A stretch of 64,000 bases of DNA, taken from positions 24,056,001 to 24,120,000 of the forward strand of contig NC_083228.1 of assembly GCF_032191835.1 (NCBI RefSeq), written 5' to 3'. The position numbers were made by a program, and so were the translations under genes. Positions 13,390 to 26,332 of the stretch are shown piece after piece. Within the stretch, counting starts at the first letter, position 1. Each line of letters opens with the position of its first letter. The stretch is from Heteronotia binoei. Its lineage: Eukaryota. The notes under the pieces were generated by a model that was not told the origin of the DNA, made no database searches, and worked only from the letters and a program-made list of their open reading frames with translations.

Positions 13390-13650
13390 TCAGACTAGCA
13401 ATTCCAGTAGGGATAGCTGTCCAACATCTTCTGCAGTGAAGATTGATGCAAAAAATTAATGCAGCTCCCTGCAATTTCCCTTTCATCTTTTAGCAATTCT
13501 TTCACTCTTTTGTTGTCTAATGGCCCAACTGCTTCCCTGGATGGTTTCTGGCTTTTTGTGTATTTATAGTTTTTAATGGTTTCAGCAATATGCTCCTCAC
13601 AGTCTTGTTTTGCTTGCCTTATTGTTGACTTACAATTGTTTTTCTGGAAG
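13390..13650 (-). mobile_element. CR1 ORF2 fragment
   Basis: KSTIRQAKQDCEEHIA..EAVGPLDNKRVKELLKDEREIA matches the CR1 at 35000-35250. Confidence 0.8.
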
Positions 13651-13779
13651 CTGTGCTCCTTGTGTGCATGGTGAGGGAACCAGAAACGGGAGGAGAAAAG
13701 GACAAGGAACAAGTCATCAGTTTGGATGAAAGCAGGGCCACCACTATATTTCTCTGCAGTTCCCATCAGCACTTTTGGG

Positions 13780-14480
13780 CATTAACTAATGCAGAGACTG
13801 CAGATGATCACTTGCTGGGGATCCTGCTAAGACAAAAAGCAACAGAATATGGACAGGCGAGTCTCTGTGGAAAAAGAGTTCCAGAGTTTCAGTACCACAA
13901 CTGAGAAGGCCCTTTCCTGGTTGCCACCTGCCTAATCTCAGAAGGCTGGGGCACCTGAAGCAGGACTTTGCAAGATGACTGTGGAGATTGGGTAGGTTTG
14001 CAAGGAAGTAAGAGTCATTCAGATATGCTGGTCCCAAGCTACATAGTGCTTTAAAGTTCAACACCATCACCTTGAAGTCTTCCTGGAAACAGACTGAGAG
14101 CCAGTGTAGATGGGCCACAACTGGAGTGATATAGTCCCTACAACCAACTCCTGCCAACTTCCTAGCTGCAGCATTCTTTACCAACTGAAGGTTCTGAACA
14201 ATGTTCAAGGGCAGTCCCATATAGAGTACATTGCAGTAATCTAATCTAGATGTTTCCAGGGCATGTAGTGTTGCCCAGGAAAGGTGGCATCTGGCTAACC
14301 AGCCAAAGGGGTAAAAGGCACTCCTGACCATAGCTGCCACCTCCTTATCCAACAGTAGGCCTGGGTACAAGAGCACCTGAACTGTGGATGTATCCTTTGC
14401 AAACTATCAGGACTAACAGGCATCACCCCCTGGCTTCTTATGGTTGCTGCCTTATGTGGCAGCCAAGGAGCCCTCAGTTG
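13780..14480 (-). mobile_element. L2-clade LINE 3' fragment
   Basis: ORF 13786-14376 contains TSRLDYCNVLYMGLPL..LQLVKNAAAR..HLHWL, homologous to the L2 at 56234. Confidence 0.8.
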
Positions 14481-14629
14481 TCTGCCCCTTTGTGACAAGA
14501 TTAACATAAATGTTATAGAGGATTAAGAGGGGATGCAAGTCCTTCTTACTAAGAACATTGCCTGGTTGAAAGTCCCAGAAGAGGTCGTGGTATGTGTGGG
14601 GGAATTAAGCTACCTTTATATAGTGGTGG

Positions 14630-17600
14630 CCCTCTCATGAATTGCTGCCTTGTCGTGGCAAGAGGGCTTGTGCGGTTCAATGAGGCTGTGGGCTATGCCA
14701 TGCAGGGCCACCCAAGATGGACAGGCCACAGCTGAGAACCCAGACAAAATGCGATCCACTGGAGAAGGAAATGGCAAACCACTCCAGTATCCTTGCCAAG
14801 AAAACCCCATGAACAGAAACAAAAGGCTAAAAGATATGGTGCTGGAAGATGAGCCCCTCAGGTCAGAAGGTGCCCAATATGCTACTGGGGAAGAGTGTTC
14901 AAGTAACCACAGAAAGAGTGAAGCGGCTGGGCCAAAGCCGAAAGGATGTTCAGCTGTGGATGTGTCTGATGGTGAAAGAACAGTTCGCTGCTGCAAAGAA
15001 CAATACTGCATCGGAATGTGGAATGTAAGATCTATGAATCAAGGTAAGCTAGATGTGGTCAAACAAGAGATGGCAAGACTGAACATCGACATCTTGGGAA
15101 TCAGTGAACTAAAATGGACGGGAATGGGTGAATTTAACTCAGAGGATCACTACATCTATTATTGTGGGCAAGGGTCCCGTAGAAGAAATGGTATAGCTTT
15201 TATAGTTAACAAGAGAGTGAGGAAGGCAGTAATGGGATACAATCTCAAAAATGACAGGATGATATTGGTCAGTATCCAAGGCAAACCATTCAATATCACA
15301 GTAATCCAAGTCTATGCCCCAATCACTGATGCAGAAGAAGTTGAAGTGGACCAGTTCTATGAAGATCTACAATGCCTTCTAGAATTAACACCAAAAAAAA
15401 GATGTCCTCCTCATCACAGGGGACTAGAATGCCAAAGTAGGAAGTCAAAAGGTGACCAGAACAACTGACAAGTTTGGCCTTGGAGAACAAAATGAAGCCG
15501 GGCAAAGGCTAATAGAGTTTTGTCAAGAGAACAAGCTGGTCATAGCGAACACCCTCTTCCAACAACCTAAAAGGCGACTCTACACATGGACATCATCTGA
15601 TGGACAACACAGAAATCAGATTGATTATATACTCTGCAGTCAAAGATGGAAAAGCTCCTTACAGTCAGCAAAAACAAGACCTGGAGCTGACTGAGGTTCA
15701 GATCATGAGCTACTCATTGCAAAATTCAGGCTTAAACTGAAGAAAACTGGGGAAGCTGTTAGGCCATTCAGGTTTGACCTTGATCACATCCCTTATGGAT
15801 ATACAGTGGAGGTGAGGAATAGGTTTAAGGAACTAAAGTTGATAGACAGAGTGCCTGAAGAACTATGGATGCAGGTTCGTGACATTGTACAGAAGGCAGC
15901 AGTCAGCACCATCCCAAAGAAAAAGAAATGCAAGAAAGCAAAGCGGCTGTTTGGTGAGGCTTTACAAATAGCTGAGGAAAGAAGGAAAGCGAAAGGCAAA
16001 TGTGAAAAGGAAAGATTCACTCAACTGAATGCAGATTTCTAGAGAACAGCAAGGAGAGATAAGGAGGTGTTCCTGAAGGAACAATGGGAAGAACAAGAGA
16101 TCTCTTCAAGAAAATTGGAGACATCAAGGGAACGTTTTGTGCAAAGACGGCCATGATAAAGGACAAAAATGGTAGGGACCTAACAGAAGCAGAAAAGATC
16201 AGGAAGGGGTGGCAAGAATACACAGAAGAATTGTACAAGAAGGATCTCAATGTCCCGGACAACCATGACAGTGAAATCGATGACCTTGAGCCAGACATCC
16301 TGGGGTGTGAAGTCAAATGGGCTTTAGAAAGCATTACTAACAACAAAGCGAGCGGAGATGATGGTATCCCAGTTAAGCTATTCAAATTCCTAAAAGATGA
16401 TGCTGTTAAAGTGATGCACACATTATGTCAACAAATTTGGAAAACACAACGGTGGCCACAGGATTGGAAAAGGTCAGTTTATATTCCAATCCCAAAGAAG
16501 GGTAATGCCAAGGAATGTTCAAACTATCGCACCATTGCACTCATTTCACATGCCAGCAAGGTCACATTAAAGATCCTACAAGGTAGGCTTCAGCAGTATG
16601 TAGATCGAGAACTACCAGAAGTTCAAGCTGGGTTTCGGAGAGGTAGAGCAACTAGAGATCAAATTGCCAACATTCGCTGGATTATGGAGAAAGCACGGGA
16701 GTATCAGAAAAATGTCTGTTTCTGCTTCATTGACTACGCTAAAGCCTTTGATTGTGTGGATCACAACAAACTGTGTCAAGTCCTTAAAGAGATGGAAGTA
16801 CCAGACCACCTCACGTGTCTCCTGAGAAACCTGTAAAAGGGTCAAGAAGCAACTGTGAGAATGGGATATGGAACAACTGATTGGTTTAGAATAGGAAAAG
16901 GAGTTTGGCAAGGATGTATATTGTTACCCTGCTTATTTAATTTATATGCAGAGTACATCATGCGGAATGCTGAACTGGATGAAGCACATACCGGAATTAA
17001 GATTGCCAGGAAAAACATCAACAACCTCAGATATGCAGATGACACTACTCTAATGTCAGAAAGTGAGGAGGACCTAAAGAACCTCTTGTTAAGGGTGAAA
17101 GAGGAGAGCACAAAAGTAGGCTTGACACTCAACATCAAGAAAAGTAAGATCATGGCCTCTGGCCCCATCACACCTTGGCAAATAGAAGGGGAAGACGTGG
17201 AAGTAGTGACAGACTTCACATTTCTGGGATCCAAAATCACTGCAGATAGTGACTGTAGCCATGAAATTAAAAGATGTTTGCTCCTTGGGAGGACAGCTAT
17301 GGCGATCCTGAGCAGTGTAATAAAAAGTAGAGACATCACCCTGCCAACAAAAGTCCATATAGTCAAAGCAATGGTATTCCCAGTAGTAATGTATGGCTGT
17401 GAGAGCTGGATCATAAGGAAGGCCGAGCGCAGAAGAATAGATGCTTTTGAGATGTGGTGTTGGAGAAGACTCTTGAGAGTCCCTTGGACTCAAATCGGTC
17501 AGTCCTAAAGGAAATCAACCCAGAATGTTCACTGTTAGGTCAGATGCTGAAGCTGAAGCTGAAGCTCAAATACTTCTCACCAAATGAGAAGGGAGCACTC

Positions 17601-17804
17601 CCTGGAGAAGACTCTGATGCTGGGAAAGACAGAAGGCAAAAGAAGAAGGGGACGGCAAAAGATGAGATGGTTGGACAGTGTTGCTGATGTGACAAACACA
17701 AATTTGAGCAGACTTTGGAGGATGGTGGAAGACAGGAGGGCCTGGCGTGACTTTGTCCATGGGGTCTCAAAGAGTCGGGCTCAACTGTGCGACTGAAAAA
17801 CAAC
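14630..17804 (+). mobile_element. full-length RTE-BovB LINE
   Basis: About 3.2 kb with a BovB-type 5' region, APE and RT coding segments and a 3' GACTGAAAAACAAC tail. The 12-bp TSD is ATATAGTGGTGG (14618-14629 / 17805-17816). Confidence 0.95.
14650..17796 (+). pseudogene. disrupted BovB APE endonuclease-reverse transcriptase ORF
   Basis: Endonuclease motifs: IGMWNVRSMNQGKLD, DILGISELKWTG, IDYIL. RT motifs: NYRTIALISHASK, QAGFRRGR, FIDYAKAFDCVDH, GVWQGCIL, NNLRYADDTTL. Split into six ORF pieces by stops and frameshifts. Confidence 0.93.
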
Positions 17805-18229
17805 ATATAGTGGTGGTGGACCTGAGAGAAGACCCATCTCCCAGGATCAAGCCATTCCCAGCAGTAGTTCAGGTGGGATGAGCAGCAGGGCTTGTCTTAC
17901 TTCCCCTTGTCATGCCAGCCTCAATGAGACACTATGCTGAATGCAAGGAATCCTCTTTCCTGATCTTGGGCAAGGATTCCATATTTTTTTCAGTGAAATG
18001 ATCATGACTTTGACTTTCCTTGGCATTTCTTTAATTCTGATTGTACCTTATTAAAGGTAGGATACAAATGTCATTGAGTATTACAATAATTCATCTCCTC
18101 ATTTTGTGTGTGTGGGAACAGGAAAATCCAGAATGTGAATGATTACCATAGCATAATAGCTAATAATGGGTGGGTCCCTCCTAATTTTTGTTATACTATC
18201 TACCTAGGTTTCTATTGCTGTGGATTTAA

Positions 18230-18500
18230 ATTGCTTCCAAATCTTCTAACTTCCTTTTGACTAATCCCTTCATGTCTTAAATCCAATGAAGATATATTGG
18301 ACTTCAGTGACAATTTTCTCTTTACATTAATGGAGATCTTAATCACACTGTGGCCACCATTTCCAACTGGTTCAGAAATATATTTGTCTCATGGCAGGTC
18401 CTGAGCACCATTAGGATTAAATCCAGTCTCATCCCTTGTAGTCTATTTCATGATTAACTGGTTAGAAGCACAATAATTTATTGCATCTAGAAATTTTCTG
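18230..18500 (-). mobile_element. old CR1 endonuclease-region fragment
   Basis: The reverse strand resembles the DLVLSNAQDL..LGSSDH region of the CR1 at 35550-35700. Confidence 0.45.
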
Positions 18501-20378
18501 TCTTTGGCAGGGACAAAATGTGCATTTACCTAGACATTGTGAGTGCAGTTGAAGCTGACTTTCTCCTTTGTTTGCCTCTCCCTTTTTTCCCATGTCTCAA
18601 GACTGCCTAGACTTCTGGTCAAGTTCATGACAGTGGGTTCTAGCCACTGAAGGACTTTGTGGAAGGTATTGGCACAGCAAATCTTTCCACACCTTTCCTT
18701 TTTCGGATACCCTGCCATTCTTTCTTGAAACTCCTAACTGAAGATGGGTAGAGCTTTGGAAGCAAAATGAGCCATGAGGAGGAGATCCAGCAATGAGGGG
18801 AAATCACATTTCCCCCTCTCTTCTGCTTATGGAAGAGGGGAAAAGCCATTTTCCCTGATTCAATCTCATTGCTGCAGCCCCTCCCTCAATTGTGCAACTC
18901 AGTTTTGTATATGAAGCTCTGCCAATCCTGAGAGAGAAGTTTAAGGACAAATGGCAGGCTGATTGAAGAAGGGTAAGGTTGGGAAAGATCCCCTCAGTTA
19001 ACTCTCTTCCCACAACACTTTTGGTGAATCCACAATCCAGTATGATCCCTGTGTTAAGTAATTTTGGGTCTGGATATTTCTATCAAAGCAATTCTGTAGA
19101 GCAGTTTGTTTCCCTTAACTTTTCTATTGCTGCCTCTTTAGTTGCTTACCTTCACGACTTCTGTTCTTGTACTTTCTATAGTGTTTATATCTAGGGAAAA
19201 TCAGAGATATTCATCAATTTTCCCAATTTAACCAAGTTTATGAAATGCCTACTCTAGCAGAAAGCATTTCAGCTTCCTCATCTTGGCTTGGCTATAACAT
19301 TAAAATGAATTCCTATTTTTGCTTCAGTTGCATATAAATAGTGTAAAGTGAAAAAAGGTTTTGTACCTCCAGTTTATGTCTCCTATGATTGTTATAATCC
19401 TGTGTATTTTGTTTGGTTTGGGCTATATTTCTTTTTTTAAAAAAACTCAGAAACCTCAAGATTTAACTGTAGCTCTTTCACAAAAGGACAAAATTCCTAG
19501 TTTCTTATAAAAGAAATGATGTCTGTCTTTAAAATCTCAAGAGACCCCAAAGGAGTGAAAGATGATTTTGTTGGTGGCCAAAATACATCCTTTATTCTAC
19601 TGAAGCCCACATCACTCACACTACGAAGGGCAGCAGTACAGTACTAACCCCAGGCAACAGAACTGACTCAAAACAAAAAGATTTTAAACCTCAGAAAACT
19701 GCAGTCGACAAGTTTTGCACTTATCTGTTTGAGACATACTACTGTGAATGTATGCCAAAGACAGCGCACTGTGACTTGAGCTACATTCTCTTTGGATAGT
19801 TTTGTTCTGCACTATTAGAAACTTCAACCACATATGTAGTGGATGAGAAGGAAGAGTTCTAGTGGTGATTTAACTTATAAAGCAAAATCATATTGTTGTC
19901 CTGGTTGATAGTGCTGACTGGCACTCCAATGTCACCACACTGCACAGCTTGTCCACCAAAACCATTTTCAGATATATTACATTTATTTATTAACAGCTGG
20001 AAAAGACTGGGCAGTCATCCTGAATGAGTCATAAGTAGTATGTGAACATCCAAAACAGCCTGATACTGAGCCATTGACCTTTCAAGATCAGTAGTCTATT
20101 CTGACCAGCAGTGGACCGCAGCCCCACTGCTAAGTTGCTATTGAGGCTTTCACATGGCACAAAAATCAGGGGTCCCTTTAAACCCTTGCTTTCTGCTCTA
20201 TCCATGAACTGCCACATACTGTTTTGAAAGTTTGTGAAAGTTTCTAATGGTAGACTCGTCACAACTTCTGTTTGAGAATCACAAGCAGGGCGAAATTTAT
20301 GATGAATTTTGCTTTGTGGTTCGGACTATGTACATCCCTGCTCTCCAGGGTCTCAGGTGGAGGTCTTTCACATAATTT

Positions 20379-20646
20379 AGAAGATATTGGATTTATATCC
20401 TGCCCTGTACTCTAAATCTCAGAGCGGTCACAAACTCCTTTACCTCCCCCCACCCACAACAGACACCCTGTGAGGTAGGTGGGGCTGAGAGAGGTCTTAC
20501 AGCAGCTGCCATTTCAAGGACAACTCCTATGAGAGCTATGGCTGACTCAAGGCCATTCCTGCAGATGAAAGTGGAGGAGTGGGGAATCAAACCCAGTTCT
20601 CCCAGATAAGAGTCCGTACACTTAATCACTACACCAAACTGGCTCT
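20379..20646 (-). mobile_element. Squam3-like tRNA-derived SINE
   Basis: Head GAGCCAGTTTGGTGTAGTGATTAAG with B-box GGTTTGATTCCC; nearly the same as the copies at 42362 and 46936. Confidence 0.85.
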
Positions 20647-20759
20647 ATTACCTAATCATTTTAGCTGGGGATTCTAGGGATTGAATACAGTTGCTAGGCC
20701 CCCACAGGGATGTGGGATTGCCCACCTCATCAGAGGATCTACCAAGTGAAAGAAACAGT

Positions 20760-22270
20760 TCCAGTATATGACTTGCTACCAGATCAAGATGAAGACTTTG
20801 ATTTGTGACTTGTGAGACAGGACTTTACCTAAGCATGAGAAGAAGATTCTTAAGATGGACTTATTTTTTGTTCTGACTCCATGGTATGATCCACTGGACA
20901 AACAGTTGGATACCTTTAAATATATTTGAACTTTAATGCTTAAGGGTTTTTTAAAAAGATAATGCATGTTTGAGCATTCCATCTCTAATCCCTTTCACTC
21001 TGTATCCTGCTTTTATGCTGGGCATCCAATTCCACATGCGGTACAGATTTTTGAGAGCAAGATTCTCAAAGACTTGGAAATACTGGAAAAGAATACCAAA
21101 CCCAGATGGAGGAACTTAAATAATGATGAGAGGAGAGCTCTTAACAACTTGGCTCATGATGGAAGTATTATTATTAAAGAAGCAGATAAATAGGGGAACT
21201 ATTGTTATAAAGAACAGGCAAGACTTTGGACTTGAAGGTATGAGGCATACAATATACTCCATGCTATCATGATTCAGTTAGGCATGCAAACTGAAATTAA
21301 GAACAAAAGGGTTAAATTCTATGGGGTATATCTCTTTATGAGAGTGACAGTTTCTTGATAACTCTAATCCCAGAACTCCAATTTTTATGTTCTGCCTAAA
21401 ATCTCTAAGACATCCCCTCACCTGGGGAGACCAGTAATATCCATATGTGGTTCCATTCAGGAACTGCTTACTGAGCCCATTAGGGGAGGGCGGGATATAA
21501 ATTTGATAAAATAAAATAAAATATGTAGGTTTCTTTCCTGTACCATGTGTCCCAATGATACTTTCTTGCATAAAAGATATCACAGATTTTATTAACAAAA
21601 CAAGATGAAATAATCAACTCGAGGTAGAAGTTGTCTTAGTCACTTTGTATGTCATCTGTTTATACTCACAGGAAAATTCATTTTCAGTAATAGGGATAAC
21701 TTTGTAAAATAGACAACATTGTTACCCACCTACTTCTTTCTGGATAGATCTCCCTTAAAAAGAGTTTTTTTTTCATTCAACAACAAAATTTTATTGGCAG
21801 ATTAAAGGTATTGCCGTAGGGTCTTCCATGGTGGCAGAGGTTGCTAATTTATATATGGAAAATTTTGATAAGCTATTTATACATTCTAGTGATAAATCAC
21901 TTTGCAAACTGCATAATTAAATGGTGGCATTCTCTTGATTACATATTGTGGAGAGGAAACCAGGACCAGCTGTTGATTTTTCACAACTGTTTAGACCAGT
22001 GAGATGAGAATATAAAGTTTAAATTACATGTGGATGGGCAGATAAATTTCCTGGACATCCTGGTTAACATGAAGGACAGGAAACCCTATACAAGCCTCTG
22101 TTTTTTTTTAAACCCTACAGATAAGGGTTCTGTTTTAAGGTGTGACAGTCAGACCATGAGAGATTGGTTTGCAGCATTTTCCCCAACTATATAATGGAGA
22201 GTATAAAGCAAGAGCATTTTCAAAGTGTTTCAAAGAACGTCTCGTCTGAGAGATCTACCAGTACACAGTG
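20760..22270 (+). mobile_element. degraded Penelope-like element RT
   Basis: Broken PLE-type motifs: RALNNLAHDGSIIIKEADK*GTIV; PRTPIF..GRPVISICGS; FNNKFYWQIKGIAVGSSMVAEVANLYME; FLDIL..KPTDK. Confidence 0.8.
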
Positions 22271-22579
22271 ATGCATATTTACCCTCATCACACCTAGTTG
22301 GTCTTAACAGGAGCTAGCTGGTGGCTGGCTAGAAAAAAGGAATTAGAGGTGCTCTCAGTCCCTCTCCTTTCTGTTTTCTGAGGGCTTCACCAAATCTTGG
22401 CTGACAATATGGGAAAGAATTGGAGGGTGCAGCAGCCCTGGACTCCATCCCTGGGAAGTAGACCTGGATATCATGTTTACCTTATGATCCTTAGCAAAAT
22501 AGGAGGTTTTAAAAAAGGGTGTACAAATATATATTTTTCTGCTTCTTTTAATTTTTGTACATGGTCAGAAGATTGTTTT

Positions 22580-22890
22580 TATCTTTATTTAAAAACATGT
22601 TTATGCTGCCTTTCCATACAACTTAAACCAGGAAAAAAAGCTTTTAAAAATACAGATTATAAAACCAGTTTAAAACAACAGTTAAGCAAACACATAAACA
22701 CATAGGCCATTAAACAAAATACATACACCAGAAGGAAAGTCAGCGAGGGAACATCAAAATCCCCCCAGGTAATTCTCTACTCATCGGAGGAAGACAATGA
22801 TCAAGGGTGACAAATAAATCTCCCTGCGGAGGGAATTCATTAATTTTTATGCCAGGATTGAAAAGGGCCTTTTATTTCCCTGCCCATCTC
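22580..22890 (-). mobile_element. old L2-like 3' end fragment
   Basis: AT-rich tail followed by reverse-strand similarity to the RAF..APTWWN.LP region of L2. Confidence 0.4.
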
Positions 22891-24062
22891 TCAAATGAAA
22901 CACAACACAAGTTATGGGTTAAACTGAGGATTTTGTTTTTACATAAGTTAACCTGCACCATCTCATTAACACATTAAAGCACAGGTTGTATTGTGCTTGC
23001 AAAGCAAGCCTCCTAACAGGGCAAACCCACTTTGGGTCAGAGCCCAGTCTGGGATCCTTCTGGACCTTACTTGACGTGACCTGCATGCCCGTGTGTAGAG
23101 GGGACATTCTGGCCCATAACTACAAAGCCTTAAGACACAGCTGATGGACATGGCGGGGGAAGATGTGAACATTTCTGGACTATCTTGTACCAGATGCATC
23201 TTCCTAAAGAATCTTCCTACAGAAGATTCATGGTTCATGGCTGACTTAGAAAGAGTTCTGTGCTCCCTCCAAGATCATGGCCATAATTATGATTCTCCAA
23301 CTAGAAGTGGACATAGGCAGCCTCCCTGGAGATTTACCTATTTATAGCAACCTGCTTGCTCACAGCTTTTCTAAGTTGTAAATAACAAGAGAGCCAAATT
23401 TCAGGTGGACTACTGAATTCTGAATTTTGGAAGGCTAATGAACTGGGGCGGGGCGGTAGCCAAAAGGGGAATGAGGTAAGATAGCCAAAGATAGATTAAA
23501 TAGCAAATCACAGTTAAGAAGGCTAACTAAACATCTAAGAATGGGAACATCATCACTCACTTGGATGGTCCATTTACACCTGTCAAAGACAGGGAAGAGG
23601 GATATTTCAGCAACTACCAGCTGTCTTCATTCAGAATGCCTTTTAAGGTTTCAACTGAAAGTCTCAGACCATGAAAAGAAATTCCTCAGTTCACAAATTG
23701 GTAAACAGACTTCAGACAAAACAAAATAGAGGAAAGGCTTTTTGCAAATAAGATTTTGAAGCCAGTTGCTCACACGTATAATGGGGATTCAAGAAAGCAA
23801 TATACAATAAAACGTTTTTTTTTTCTGTTGCTAGTGTTCATCGTTTCATGACACTCCCTACCCTTTATGCAATTTATTTCATTCAGTTCTCACTGGGTTG
23901 TGAGCAGAGATGCTGAGAACTTGGATGTGAATGTGATTGCCATATAAACTTATTTTACCTTGGTGAAAATTCTTGGATTACGTGCATGGGAACCTCAGTG
24001 TTTTTTTGTTGAACTTCATTTGTAGCATCAAGCTAAGGAGCTTTATGCCTGTACAGTAGCTA

Positions 24063-24370
24063 AAAAAAAAGGTAGTCCCCTGTGCAAGCACCAGTCGTTT
24101 CTGACTCTGTGGTGATGTCACATCACGATGTTTTCACAGCAGACTTTTTACAGGGTGGTTTGCCATTGCCTTCCCCAGTCATCTACACTCCACACCCCCC
24201 CCCCCCCCAGCAAGCTGGGTACTCATTTACTGACCTCTGAAGGATGGAAGGCTGAGTCAACCTTGAGCGATCTACCTGAGCCCAACTTCCACCAGGACTG
24301 AACTCAAGTCACGATCAGAGCTTGGATTGCAGTACTGTAGTTTACCACTCTGCTCTACAGGGCTCTTACT
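24063..24370 (-). mobile_element. Sauria SINE
   Basis: AAAGGTAGTCCCCTGTGCAAGCACC tail and CAGCAAGCTGGGTACTCATTT..GGATGGAAGGCTGAGTCAACC core. The 13-bp TSD is TGTACAGTAGCTA (24050-24062 / 24371-24383). Confidence 0.9.
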
Positions 24371-24966
24371 TGTACAGTAGCTACAGGAGCAATAAGTTAT
24401 GCCATGTTAATAAGTAACAAATCTGTGTTGCAAATTGTGGCTACTCTTATGGAGTCTGCAAATTACACCCTCTTGATCTTTGGAGAAGAGGCATGTATCT
24501 CATGATGTTGTGGTGTACAACCCAGAATCAATTGTAATTCTTTACCGCTTTGCACATGCACAGTTGGTTGCATCATTTAATTAATCCTACAGAAGATACT
24601 TGGCCTACTTTTGTTGCTTGAAAAGTCAGCAGCATCTATCATTACATGACTGCAAGAAGTTATTGCAAGATTAGTCATCCAGGTTCATGGGGAGGCATGA
24701 ATTGGTTGTCTGAGAAAGCATGCAGAGATACCAAAGGAGTGAGTTGACTCAAATATCTTAAACATTTCTTTTAATGATAATGCCCTTTAGCAGTTGAAAC
24801 AATGGCAATAAGAAACTAGCAGCTAGGAGAAAATAATCTTTCAAAGGCTGGGCATACAAATGGATACATCCGATCAAAACAACCTGTCGAAAAAATGGCT
24901 ACCTGATTGAAACTGACATGTAGCACACAAATTGACCTCATAGCTGGATATGCCTGGTTGTCGTAT

Positions 24967-25662
24967 TGTAAGCCAAAATGCCCTCAAAACGAGGTTGGGG
25001 AATTGTCAGGTGGGCACCTGGCTTAATCAGGATCTTTTACCTGTGTATACAGGATTCCATGTCCAGAAATTAATGCTTAAAAATATTAGGGACTCTAATT
25101 AAGTAAAACAATTAAAATTTATTCCAGAAAAATATAGGCTTCCATACAAGATAAAATACTCATAAAATCATACACACAGTCCTAAGAAAATTAGATAGAG
25201 AGATAGGGGAATACCTGGGTAGACGAACAGGGTGATATTTACCTATCGTAGTCTTCAAGGAAGGCTCCAATGGTGATGAGCGAGGAAGTGGGAGAGGGGA
25301 TCCGAAACTTGGCCTTAGAATCGGGGATGGATCTAGGCAGCGGAAATTGGGATACTGCTAGAAGCACACCTGAGTGGAGTTATGGTCAGAGGTTAAATAG
25401 ACTACCTTGGACCCTCAGGAGATGGGAGGTACGAGGGAGGAGAAAGGGGAGTCTCTGCAGTGACCATAAGGGCTGGACTTCTGCAGTAGCCAACAGCAAG
25501 TTAATTGGTGGCACCTAATTGGGTGCCCATTAAATCAGATTATAATTAATTTGCTCCTGATCCGTAAAGAAGTAATTGGAATATTTGGGCACATAGAGCC
25601 AGTAGTGATTTTAAAGCCTACAACAAATAAAGTCTGTCAACTACTAATCGTATCATCTATCA
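24967..25662 (-). mobile_element. solo LTR-like element (family shared with 47271-47929)
   Basis: Starts TGTAAGC, shares identical 40-bp and 20-bp blocks with the 47271 LTR, and has AATAAA on the - strand. The right boundary is approximate. Confidence 0.6.
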
Positions 25663-25940
25663 GTAAACTAATATATAAAACAGGTAACTGTATATACAGA
25701 AAATCATGGCACTGAACTGTTGCTATGCTTCTCTTTGTGTAGCACTTTTTAACTAGGTTGCAGATGTCTTCTCAGGTTAATTGTTTTGCTAACTGTTAAA
25801 AAGGCCTTTTGCTTGACCTTGATATGTACAGATCCTATTGCCATCAAATTGATGCTTAGGTCATTCACAGAAGTTTGGTTTAAATTACTTCCCCCTCCCC
25901 CTTTTCTGCCATCAACCCCGTGTATGGTGACCCCATAGGG

Positions 25941-26332
25941 CAGGGATGTCAAACATGGTCTGTGGGATGAAAGTGGCCCATCTTATCTGACCCATAAGAA
26001 CTCTTATCTGGCCCATAAGCAACTGGTCATTACCTTTATTGCCATATGACAAAGGTTGTCCATTATGTCCCTGTATACTGTCCCAATGCTCATGAGTAAT
26101 GAGAGGTGGAACTGGGAGTGTGGGCATCAGGCATTTAAGGAAATACTGCATGTTTTGAGCATGTTTGTATTTTGCATCAAAAATTATATTTTTAATTGAG
26201 TTTGCCTGTGTCCTTTATAAAGTTTATATCTCTGGTACCTGACATTACACTTTATGGCACACAGAGTGTGGCCTGACAAAGTGACATTTATGTCAGATCC
26301 AGCCCTCGTAACAAATGAGTTTGATACCTCTG
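25941..26332. mobile_element. hAT non-autonomous element
   Basis: TIRs CAGGGATGTCAAAC / GTTTGATACCTCTG; 8-bp TSD CCATAGGG (25933-25940 / 26333-26340). Confidence 0.85.

Noticed and set aside
16017-17493. long antisense ORFs (134-190 aa) over BovB
   Set aside because: Shadow frames of the RT coding sequence with no independent protein motifs.
17994-18056. exon-like unit with a strong acceptor and AAG|GTAGGA donor
   Set aside because: Stop codons in all three frames from that acceptor; at most non-coding.
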